From the IMG/VR virus record IMGVR_UViG_3300027301_000003, positions 1-64,000 of that record: 64,000 nucleotides of DNA; one strand, given 5' to 3'. Below, piece by piece: positions 43,635-53,117 of the stretch (position 1 is the first letter of the stretch; the number at the start of each line of letters is the position of its first letter). The DNA is from a virus. The notes under the pieces are model-generated. The model worked only from the letters and a program-made list of their open reading frames with translations. It ran no database searches and was not told the origin of the DNA. Position numbers and translations under genes: made by a program.

Positions 43635-46600
43635 TTAATAACCTCGTACAGTCCAAGATATTGTTCCACCTACATTTGCACCTGCTGAATTGTAGTTAAA
43701 GATGTTAAACCTAGTAGGATAAGGTTTATCAAAGAAATCTACAACAGTTGTTGTTGGGTTAACACTATTTGGAGTTGTTGTAATAGATGTAACATCTACA
43801 TAATCTATATTAGGTACTACAGTAGCACCATAATCGTTTGTGCATTTCAATAGATACGAAATCTTTGAAGCTGCGTCTGCTGCATCGCATTGGATAACAA
43901 CTGGTCTAGCCATGAATTGAACTTGTGTACCTGTTCCTGTTGGGTTATTCCAATGAAAACATCTTTGCATAGTCTGAAGAGCACCTGCTGTAAACTTATA
44001 ACTTGTAGCAGAAACAACCTTAGTTCCTGACATATTATAAATACCAGAGATGCCACCATCAACAGTACCATAACTAGATGGATAGACATAACCAATCAGT
44101 AAATACCAAGTATTCAATGCAGGTAAATCTCCAGTCCAGAAATATGGGTTAGCATTCACAGTTCCAGCTAAGTTAGATATGGAATTATTATTAGCTGTAC
44201 CAAAATAGCTAACACCATTATTTGTAGTTGTTTTCACAAATACAGCAAACATGTAACCTTTAGTTGAATCAATATCTGAATAAATACTCTGGAAACCACC
44301 ATCATCATTTAATGAAGTGTCTGCATCAATACAAGTCCAGATATTTTCATTACTTGTACTTGGCCCACTAGCTGTAATAATTGTATTTTCAGCAGCAGTA
44401 CCAATTAAAGTATAACCAGAAGGTGGCATTGTCATACCAGCAGTCCATGTATAATAATCAGGAATAACGCTTCCTTGAGCATGTGATCCACCGATTGCCA
44501 ATACTGAGGAACCCGAATCAGTTTTCTGTTTAGCATCAAGTCTTACAACTAAACCGCTAATACTATAAATATTACCTGAAGTAACTTGTGTTGCGCTTAC
44601 TCTGACTTTAATATATCTAAAGTTAGTAGCGAAAGCACTTGTACCTGCAGGGAATGAAGTATATGTACTACCGTTCAATGAAGAACTAATTGTAACAGAA
44701 ATATCAGGAGAACCTGCAATATTTACACCAGAAAGAGATACTGTAATCTGACTACTACCAAGAGTTGTTCCATAGTCAAAGACTTCTTCATAGTAACCAG
44801 AGGTAGTTCCCGGTTGAATATAAATTGGAAAACCTGCATTGATTTGATCAGTAGGAGTATTCCATGATCTTGTTGTAAAGTGTCCTGAGAAACTTTCAAC
44901 AGTATCAACTGGTAATACTAAATATCCTGTGTTAGCCTCTATTATAGCATTAGATTTGGTTCCTGTAAAGGTGCTAATGTACTCTGCGTTAAAAATATAA
45001 TCAGGAGGTTGTGAAACAGTAGCAGCTAAACTAATAGGAATGGACTCATTGTTATCGGTATCTACTACAGCAATCCAATATGTGTATAAACCACCTTGAA
45101 GTTCTGTAACAGTAGTGAATGTACCAGACTTAGTACCGATTATACTTGCTGTATTCCAAGTAGCACCCTTCTTAATAAGAACGTGTGAAATTGGAAGCGA
45201 TGTAATCTGAGGTAAGTCCCAATACAACAATACGGTATTATCAATAACCTGTGCTTTTAAGTTACTAGCAGCATGAGGTGTTTCTTTAGTTACACTGATA
45301 GGAGTTCCTGTTGATTTATTACCGATTAAGTCCACTGTTCTTACTGTATAAATCTTATCACCTAACCAATCAGCGTCTTGCGTTATTGATGTAGAATTTG
45401 AGTAATTGATATTATTGTAGACAGTACCAACGGAAGTACCAGCAAGAACACCAGCAGCATTATCAATATACAATTGAGTTGCGCTAATAATCTGAGTAAC
45501 TTTTCTACCTGCAGGAATGTTTGCATTACCTGATAGAACATCACTTACAAGAATACCTTTAGTACTTGTTAGAGTTAATAAATTACTGTTTGCAGTAGTA
45601 GTAGTGGGTACAGACAATGCACCTGTAATTTCATAATGCTTTAAACCAAAAGTAGGAGAAGTATCTAACCATCTTAAAGATACAGTAGCACTTGTTAGAC
45701 TTGTATCAACGAACTGATAAGTTATACTTGCAGTATTTACAGGTGCAGCTACAGTGTATTGAAATAGTCTAGAAGATGAACTATATCTATTATCTGAATC
45801 ATACGCTCTTAGATACCAGCTTGAAGTAGTACCGCTTGTAATACCAACCATATCAACAGAAGTATTAGATGCAGAACCTTTCCAAATAAAACCAGTACCA
45901 CCCCAATTAGTATCAGAACTTCTTAGTTCATAACCAACAATAGGTAGTGATGTTTTAATATTGTCAGGCCAATCCAAAGATAACGCAGTACCTTTAATAC
46001 CGGGAGTTAAAAATGCTCCGGGTTGATTTGGAACAACTTTAGCTAATACAAAAGTTTGTGCAAGTGAAGCAAAACCAAGGTTATCGTAAGCAGTTACAGA
46101 CAAAGTAGCATTACCTAACCAATCAGCAGGTACAGCCCAATCAGTAGTGAGTCTAGTACTATTAATTGTTCTAACAGGATCAGTTGTAGTTAATGAAACT
46201 TCGTATCTTTCAATACCAAATACACTGGTTGATGGCTTAACCCATTTGAATTCAGCTAAGGAGTTGGTCAATGAAGTATTAAACGCTCCAGATAAAGTCT
46301 GCGGATTACTTGGTCTTACAGTAGTATAACTAACTGGACGAGCAACAAGTGAATAACGCAAGTCAGTATCAAATGCCCATAAGTCCCAAGTGTTAGCACC
46401 TAGAACTAGATTTGAAACAGTAACAGATGAAGCTGTACCTTTCCAAATGTAATCAGTACCTCCGGGAGAACTACCAGTTGCTCTTAGTTCATAACCAGCA
46501 ATTGGTAAACTACCTTTAACACCTTCGTTCCAAGCAATTGTTAAACCAGTTGGTGAAGCAGTTGTTGTAACAGTAGTCGGTGCAACAGGTCGAGTTTTAC

Positions 46601-49600
46601 CTATGGTAGAACTGAAGTTAGCACCTGCGTTGTTAGAGGTATCTACAGCGACAATATCTAATGTAGCATCACCTAACCAATCAGCAGCGGTTGTAAAGGT
46701 GTTAGCTGAGACATTAGCGGTTATTACAATACTTCCGGGTTTAGTGAGAGTAATATTATAAGACGAAATATCAAAAGTACCTTTGTTTCCTGTCCACTTA
46801 AAAGTAACTGTTGTACCACTTGTAGAAGTGTTAGCATAAGTTGTGACCAGAGAATCGGAAGCCAATGGTGCATTAACTACTAGATCAAAAGAAGTAGCCA
46901 ATGTACTATAAACACCTTCTGTATCAAAAGCTTTAATATAGAAAACATTTGAACCAGTGCTGAGAGAACCAATTGATGTAGTATTTGTTGCACCTCTCCA
47001 AGTTAAACCTGTTGAAGTACCCCAACCTGTGTCATTAGCTCTAATTTCATAACCAGCAATTGGAAGAGTTGTTTTAGCAATTGGTGTCCACTTAACAACC
47101 ATTTCATTAACTGAAGGTGTAAAAGTAACAGTCCCTACGTCATTAGGTGCTGATTTTACTACGTTTAAAGTTGCATTGGTAGCTGAAGAAAAGTCCAGCA
47201 TGTCAACAGTGGTTATTGCTAAAGTTGCAGTACCTGTCCAATCAGCAGCAATTGTCCAAGTAGTTGAATCCAAAGATGCTGTTACAGTACCACCAGCGGG
47301 TTTAGTTAATGTAGCAATGTACTTTTTAATTCCAAAAGTTGTAACTGCAGGAGCTATCCAATCAAATTTTACAACAGCACTGGTTGTTGAAGTATCACTA
47401 AATGTAGCAGTTAAACTTGTTGCAATCGCAGGTCTTTGTACAGTATAAGTAATCAGTGTACCAGAAGATGCATAAACATTATCAGTATCAAAAGTATTGA
47501 TGTACCAGTTATTTGCACCAGCGATTAAACCCTTTAAAGTAGCATTGGATACAGAACCTCTCCATACAAAGTTAGTGTCATTTGTACCCCAACCTGTGTT
47601 ATTCTTTCTGATTTCATAACCAGCAACAGGAAGAGTTGTCTTAGCAACATCTGCCCAATCAGCATAAACTTGTGAGTCAGATATCGTAAAGGTAACAGAA
47701 GCTGGAGCAGTTGGTCTTGATTTAGCAATTACTACACCAGTAGATGCAGCAACGGATTTATTACCAAGAATATCAATTGATTTAATTGTAACAGTAGCAT
47801 TACCTACCCAATTGGCTAAAGTAGTCCAAGTTAATCCTGAGATTTCTTGCACAACGGTAGCACTAGGTTTAACAATAGTAACTTCATACTTATTAATTGC
47901 GAATACACCTGCTGGCGCTGCTGTCCAATTTAATGTAACAGTAGAGTCAGTTGTTGATGTATCTGCATATGATGATGTAATTGTACCAGTGTAAGTTGCT
48001 GGAGCAGTTACAGTATAACTTGCTGAAACAGAAGCAACACTGTATTTTTTACCAAAATCCAAGGCTCTTACATAAAATGTTCTAACTACATTTAGGGCAG
48101 CGGGATTAGTAGTACAAGTATTAGTTGCGCCTGAGAATACTAAAGCAGAGTTATTAACTCCCCAATTTGCATCTTCAGTTCTAACTTCATAACCCTTAAG
48201 ATCAATTTCAGTATTATCATCCCACTTTAGGATTAATTTACCTGTTAAACTATCTGCAGTGATTGTCAAACCTGTAATATTTGCAGGTGGTACAGTCTTA
48301 CCTAATACAGTATGCGTTACAATAGGGGACCATGCACCAACTTTACCATCATCAGAAATATATCTGACTCTGATATCATAAGAAGCACCTTCTACAACAG
48401 AAGTAAATAATATACCTTTATCTTCTATTTTGGTGTTAATAGCATTCTGCCAAACTTTACCAGTACTAAGTTTAATTTCACCTTGTAGATATTTAATCTT
48501 TTGTAAAGAAGCATTTGTAGTATTTAAAGGTGTAATTGGTACTAGCATCTTATAGATAAAACTACTAGGTCCAACTTTTTCCATTACTTTATCATCACTA
48601 ACAATCTTAGTTGATTCTATTGTAGGAATATAAGTAATTACACTTTCTAATGAACCAGCGGGTTTTGTTATTTGACTATTAAATGCAGGGATAACTTCTG
48701 AATCTGAATTATAGATAGCTGGAGAATAATCAACTAGCGTTAATCTAGCAGACATATTATCAGATGGTTCAATTGACTGAACAATTAGATCAACTGATTC
48801 TTGATTATATTCACCAAATAATAATAAATCATCAGGATTTAAATTATCGGAAGTTGCATCATAAGCAGTAAAAACACCACCAGAATAATTTACTAATTCT
48901 AATTCCTCATAATATTCGCTTAAACCAACAGGTCTTACTGTTTTAACAAAACTAGAATTTGATTGAGTTCTAATCCTTACAGCGTAAATAGTACCAGCAA
49001 CCATTGGTAAAGCTTCATCTAATACAAGCCTTGTACCAACAGTACCAGTGTAAGCAATGACAGAAGTTATTCTACCAGAACCAACACCCCAAGTTGGAAC
49101 ATCATGCACTACCTTTACTCTATCACCACGAGTACAAATAACGTGCTCAATATCTACGTTCAGTGTATAGATTTCTGGTCTTAACTTTAATTGAGCAAGA
49201 TGGAATCTAGCATGTTTGTAGATATTCTTTGGTTCAGTAACTCCGGGTAATTCAATTGTTTCAAACAATGTAGAATTAGCGGAAGTATAACCATCATTAT
49301 ATACAATCATTTCATCAGCTTGCCAACCCTTTTCAGAATTGTTAAAGTTTACTCTGAATGCATGTGGAAGTTGAGGGAACGATCTTGTACCTTCAAAACC
49401 CCAAGAATTGTGCGGTGTAAAATGCTGTGCGATTGTTTCTTTTGGTACATCAACAACAACAGACCATTTACCATCAACCATTGTAGGTGAAGCTCTACCA
49501 GCAGCAGCAATGTCCTTTAATACTTCAAGTAAAGAATTTGGTTCTAAAATAATCTTGTCAAAGTTAAAAGCATTAGTCTTACAATATGTATACCAAGCAT

Positions 49601-52244
49601 TAATTGCTGCATCGTCAATTAGTACTGAAGAAGCTTTTGCGTTACCTTGATGCTTTAGAACGTGCCTAAACAAAGCTGCAGGGTTTCTAATAGGTTGATT
49701 TGCAACCCATACTCCACCTTGGAAATCTTCACCAAGAGTCTGTACAGTAGCAGTAACACCTTCAACTAAACCGTTGATTTGACCAGTTGAACGAATCTTC
49801 AAAGCAGAACGTGCTAATTTAATTGGACTATTGTAACTATCTTTAGGTAAAACAATAGGTCTAGTATTTGTGTAACCTGTAATAGAAGATAATATGCAGG
49901 TATCTGATGTTGTATCCGTGATGTAAGTATTGGAATTTGTTCGTTTTACTCTAACTTCATAATTTGCTCGTGATACATTAAAAGATATAGTTTTAGAATA
50001 ACCGTACTTAATAATATCTTTCAAGAAAAAAGTACTCTTTGTAAGATCAAAAGTAGGATCGTTTTCAGAAATTCTAATAATAACACCACTGGCTACACTG
50101 AAAAATCTTGCAGCAGATAAACCAGTACCCGCAGCAATATTACTTGCACAACCTGAAGAAATAACACCAGAACGAGTATCCACTACATCTGTAATTACAT
50201 TACCATAAACACAAACTTTATAGATTGTTTCTTCTTGAGATAATACAGCAGGTAAGTATTCAAAAGTAGAATTAAAACCTACACCAGAAGCCTGTTGTAA
50301 TCTAGTTAATAAAGTTCCACTTGGATTTGCATTTTTATTATTAGTTATGGAACCAGAACGCAGTACTAATTTACCTTCTGAAGTAACATTAACATAATGC
50401 CACTGATAGACGGATTCTAATTCTGCATCATTGTCAATATTATAATAAGCAGAAGATAATGTAAAGCTATCATTATATACTGTTTCAAATGCTTCATTCC
50501 AAGTTGTCTCACCCACGGGTCGTAATTGAATAGAAACACTTACTTCTCTTTGTGCGTCATCACCTCCACTGGTTAGACCATATAAACCTTGTGGGAAATT
50601 TAAAGTTACACCAATGCGATCAACTTCTTGACCAATAGTAAATTCACTCCAAGGGTTACCACCTGTGAAATATGCTGTGTCACCTGAACCAAATGGATTA
50701 TACGAACTTTGTGGATATGTACCGTTTGTATAACTACCAGTAGACACTTGGCATTTAAAAACTGTTTCACTAATAATTTGAGTTACTATTAAATCTTTAA
50801 TATCAATAATTTCATTAACTTCTTGAGTGTATGTACCACCATCGAGAGGATCAATAACATTTATTAAAACAGTTGCACCATTCCAAAAACTAAGAGTCTG
50901 AATGGGATCACCAACTTGTAAATCATGTACTTTATCTTTACCTCGTTGATCTACGGTAACTTGAAAAGTATTACCACCAGTAACAATAACTTCTGTAAGG
51001 TACTGACGTTTGCACTCAAGCTCTAAGTTAGGATTTTGCTGAGTTACATCTTGACCATAGATAGCATTGAACTTATTAATATTGGCAGAAGTGTCTTCAG
51101 CAGTACCATATAGCGTTTGATGTTCAATTTCATCATATGAAGATAAAGGAACATTGCCTAATTTTACATCAGTAACTTGTAAAGGACCATATCCCCAAAT
51201 AGCAAGCATTCTTAAATAACTGGTATCACCATCGTTCTCAACGAAAGTTTTAGCGCCAACTGGAGGGGTATAACGTAATCTTCCTAGTACAACAGGGATT
51301 GAACCGTATTGATTTTCTCTGTTTGATCCACCTTGAATTAAGTTGGTGTTCTTGAAAGCACTAGCATTACCACCACCTTGCTCTGGTGGCCTAATTGGAA
51401 ATAGTGCATTGACTAGTAAACCACCAACTATATTTACACCAGCCATAGCAATAGAAGCTGTTAAGGCCATAGTTGAACCAGCACCTGACGCAGCAACACC
51501 AGCCCAACCAGCTGAACCAAAAGAACCAGCCCCTGCCAAATATGGAGCAACATACCATGCTACAACCATAATAGCTAGTGTAGCTAATAGTCTACCAACA
51601 CCACTACCTGTTGGTACAACACGATAGTCTACGTGCTGACCTTCTTTTAGAATAGTAGTTGCCCATTGTGTTTTGGATACAGGATAACCATCTAAGAATA
51701 GAACATGATTAACGAATATTTTTGGATCAAGTTTTTGTCTTGTTTGTAGACCATCTACAATATCTTGTAAGCTTTGACCGGGATGTACAACAAGATCAAG
51801 TCTTAATGTTTTTAGTGGATTTACAACAGCATGAACGTATGACTCTACTTTACTTGTGTACTTATAGACACCTACAAGTCTTCTGCGCCATTGAGCAGAA
51901 TCAAGTTTTTCAATTGTTACACTGTTACCTTCTCGGGCATGAATGAATTTATTGTCATCAATGATAACGCCTACGTGTGACTCTGAACCATTGATTCTAA
52001 ATAAAGCTACATCACCTACAGTGTAATCATTGGATAAAGACCAACCTTCTTTATTTCGTGCAATAACCTCTTCATTATGACGAACATCATCTGAGTTTAA
52101 ATATTCTTCAGAAAAACTAGGAAGATCAATATCTTTTTGCTCTTTGTAAATTAGGCGCACCAATCCCCAACAGTCTAAACCGTCTTCATCTCTGCCGTGT
52201 AATTTGTAGGGAATACCTACATAATCATTCCACATTTTTTTCAT
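43635..52244 (-). CDS. tail tip/central fibre protein: NlpC/P60, gpI-like, gpJ-like and FN3-repeat fusion, 2869 aa
   Basis: GLDCWGL..HVG NlpC/P60; IPVVLG, NPA, GDRV.V gpJ-type motifs; repeated LP(I/V)xGYE(I/L)R units. Confidence 0.9.
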   Translation of the reverse strand: MKKMWNDYVGIPYKLHGRDEDGLDCWGLVRLIYKEQKDIDLPSFSEEYLNSDDVRHNEEVIARNKEGWSLSNDYTVGDVALFRINGSESHVGVIIDDNKFIHAREGNSVTIEKLDSAQWRRRLVGVYKYTSKVESYVHAVVNPLKTLRLDLVVHPGQSLQDIVDGLQTRQKLDPKIFVNHVLFLDGYPVSKTQWATTILKEGQHVDYRVVPTGSGVGRLLATLAIMVVAWYVAPYLAGAGSFGSAGWAGVAASGAGSTMALTASIAMAGVNIVGGLLVNALFPIRPPEQGGGNASAFKNTNLIQGGSNRENQYGSIPVVLGRLRYTPPVGAKTFVENDGDTSYLRMLAIWGYGPLQVTDVKLGNVPLSSYDEIEHQTLYGTAEDTSANINKFNAIYGQDVTQQNPNLELECKRQYLTEVIVTGGNTFQVTVDQRGKDKVHDLQVGDPIQTLSFWNGATVLINVIDPLDGGTYTQEVNEIIDIKDLIVTQIISETVFKCQVSTGSYTNGTYPQSSYNPFGSGDTAYFTGGNPWSEFTIGQEVDRIGVTLNFPQGLYGLTSGGDDAQREVSVSIQLRPVGETTWNEAFETVYNDSFTLSSAYYNIDNDAELESVYQWHYVNVTSEGKLVLRSGSITNNKNANPSGTLLTRLQQASGVGFNSTFEYLPAVLSQEETIYKVCVYGNVITDVVDTRSGVISSGCASNIAAGTGLSAARFFSVASGVIIRISENDPTFDLTKSTFFLKDIIKYGYSKTISFNVSRANYEVRVKRTNSNTYITDTTSDTCILSSITGYTNTRPIVLPKDSYNSPIKLARSALKIRSTGQINGLVEGVTATVQTLGEDFQGGVWVANQPIRNPAALFRHVLKHQGNAKASSVLIDDAAINAWYTYCKTNAFNFDKIILEPNSLLEVLKDIAAAGRASPTMVDGKWSVVVDVPKETIAQHFTPHNSWGFEGTRSFPQLPHAFRVNFNNSEKGWQADEMIVYNDGYTSANSTLFETIELPGVTEPKNIYKHARFHLAQLKLRPEIYTLNVDIEHVICTRGDRVKVVHDVPTWGVGSGRITSVIAYTGTVGTRLVLDEALPMVAGTIYAVRIRTQSNSSFVKTVRPVGLSEYYEELELVNYSGGVFTAYDATSDNLNPDDLLLFGEYNQESVDLIVQSIEPSDNMSARLTLVDYSPAIYNSDSEVIPAFNSQITKPAGSLESVITYIPTIESTKIVSDDKVMEKVGPSSFIYKMLVPITPLNTTNASLQKIKYLQGEIKLSTGKVWQNAINTKIEDKGILFTSVVEGASYDIRVRYISDDGKVGAWSPIVTHTVLGKTVPPANITGLTITADSLTGKLILKWDDNTEIDLKGYEVRTEDANWGVNNSALVFSGATNTCTTNPAALNVVRTFYVRALDFGKKYSVASVSASYTVTAPATYTGTITSSYADTSTTDSTVTLNWTAAPAGVFAINKYEVTIVKPSATVVQEISGLTWTTLANWVGNATVTIKSIDILGNKSVAASTGVVIAKSRPTAPASVTFTISDSQVYADWADVAKTTLPVAGYEIRKNNTGWGTNDTNFVWRGSVSNATLKGLIAGANNWYINTFDTDNVYASSGTLITYTVQRPAIATSLTATFSDTSTTSAVVKFDWIAPAVTTFGIKKYIATLTKPAGGTVTASLDSTTWTIAADWTGTATLAITTVDMLDFSSATNATLNVVKSAPNDVGTVTFTPSVNEMVVKWTPIAKTTLPIAGYEIRANDTGWGTSTGLTWRGATNTTSIGSLSTGSNVFYIKAFDTEGVYSTLATSFDLVVNAPLASDSLVTTYANTSTSGTTVTFKWTGNKGTFDISSYNITLTKPGSIVITANVSANTFTTAADWLGDATLDIVAVDTSNNAGANFSSTIGKTRPVAPTTVTTTASPTGLTIAWNEGVKGSLPIAGYELRATGSSPGGTDYIWKGTASSVTVSNLVLGANTWDLWAFDTDLRYSLVARPVSYTTVRPSNPQTLSGAFNTSLTNSLAEFKWVKPSTSVFGIERYEVSLTTTDPVRTINSTRLTTDWAVPADWLGNATLSVTAYDNLGFASLAQTFVLAKVVPNQPGAFLTPGIKGTALSLDWPDNIKTSLPIVGYELRSSDTNWGGTGFIWKGSASNTSVDMVGITSGTTSSWYLRAYDSDNRYSSSSRLFQYTVAAPVNTASITYQFVDTSLTSATVSLRWLDTSPTFGLKHYEITGALSVPTTTTANSNLLTLTSTKGILVSDVLSGNANIPAGRKVTQIISATQLYIDNAAGVLAGTSVGTVYNNINYSNSTSITQDADWLGDKIYTVRTVDLIGNKSTGTPISVTKETPHAASNLKAQVIDNTVLLYWDLPQITSLPISHVLIKKGATWNTASIIGTKSGTFTTVTELQGGLYTYWIAVVDTDNNESIPISLAATVSQPPDYIFNAEYISTFTGTKSNAIIEANTGYLVLPVDTVESFSGHFTTRSWNTPTDQINAGFPIYIQPGTTSGYYEEVFDYGTTLGSSQITVSLSGVNIAGSPDISVTISSSLNGSTYTSFPAGTSAFATNFRYIKVRVSATQVTSGNIYSISGLVVRLDAKQKTDSGSSVLAIGGSHAQGSVIPDYYTWTAGMTMPPSGYTLIGTAAENTIITASGPSTSNENIWTCIDADTSLNDDGGFQSIYSDIDSTKGYMFAVFVKTTTNNGVSYFGTANNNSISNLAGTVNANPYFWTGDLPALNTWYLLIGYVYPSSYGTVDGGISGIYNMSGTKVVSATSYKFTAGALQTMQRCFHWNNPTGTGTQVQFMARPVVIQCDAADAASKISYLLKCTNDYGATVVPNIDYVDVTSITTTPNSVNPTTTVVDFFDKPYPTRFNIFNYNSAGANVGGTISWTVRGY

Positions 52245-52753
52245 TAAAATAATCCCGGAAAAGAACTTGGTAAAAATGAATGCGATGGAAAAGGTTCTGT
52301 GTCTAATCCATCAACAACAAGTTGACCAGTGATTGAATCTTTAGTGTAAGTTACACCTGCTAATTTTAGACCTGCGAAATCAGCTTCTAATGTATTAACG
52401 GATGTACTCAATACTAACTCTATTAAAACTGAAGGTGGTCCTGTTAGTTGCCTAAGTTGAGGCATCACATGTCTTGTAACATCATATATTGTGATGTTTG
52501 CTCTAGGTAAAGAACCACTCTCTTCATTTGGTAAGTTAATTTGCATTGGTAAAAACGTATATGTATTACCTCGGCTGATAACCCCATAGGTTTGATCATC
52601 AGCAGTTTCGCTGATTCTCTGTGTGTAGTTATCGCAAAGCCTGATAGGAGTAGTAATACCCCCACCAGTCAATGTCAATAAGATAATTAGTGTAGAATCA
52701 CTATTCGGTGATAATACAGCTTTAAGAGCATTTGTACTTAATGCACGACTCAA
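52244..52753 (-). CDS. minor tail/baseplate hub protein (DUF1833-like)
   Basis: C-terminal EPFP..F.P..FPGLF; position. Confidence 0.75.
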   Translation of the reverse strand: MSRALSTNALKAVLSPNSDSTLIILLTLTGGGITTPIRLCDNYTQRISETADDQTYGVISRGNTYTFLPMQINLPNEESGSLPRANITIYDVTRHVMPQLRQLTGPPSVLIELVLSTSVNTLEADFAGLKLAGVTYTKDSITGQLVVDGLDTEPFPSHSFLPSSFPGLF

Positions 52754-53115
52754 GGTAATACCTCCATACTTAATGAAACAGACCAGTAACCGGGAGATAA
52801 ATATTTGATATCATAAAGTTGACCATCACCAGAAGGTATTAGTCTAACTTCAACGGAAGTATTTGTTCTAGGATGAGTAAAACCAAATCTAGCTACACCA
52901 TTGATTGTACTCTTAACAAATGTTTCCAGAGTAACAACTTGTGCATCCGTCATATCAAAATTTAAACTTAAAGTCTGAGGTCTGTTTCCTCTTTTGCGTT
53001 GTTTTGCAGGTCCAGAATCCATAGGTGATCTAACAACTAAAACACCTCCAGATTCTGAATAATTTGTATTAGGTTTCTGCGGTAATGATATGGGCCAGAT
53101 ATATGATACTGCCAT
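52750..53115 (-). CDS. distal tail protein
   Basis: WP..LP, RSPMDSGPAKQR; follows tape measure. Confidence 0.75.
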   Translation of the reverse strand: MAVSYIWPISLPQKPNTNYSESGGVLVVRSPMDSGPAKQRKRGNRPQTLSLNFDMTDAQVVTLETFVKSTINGVARFGFTHPRTNTSVEVRLIPSGDGQLYDIKYLSPGYWSVSLSMEVLP

Positions 53116-53117
53116 GA

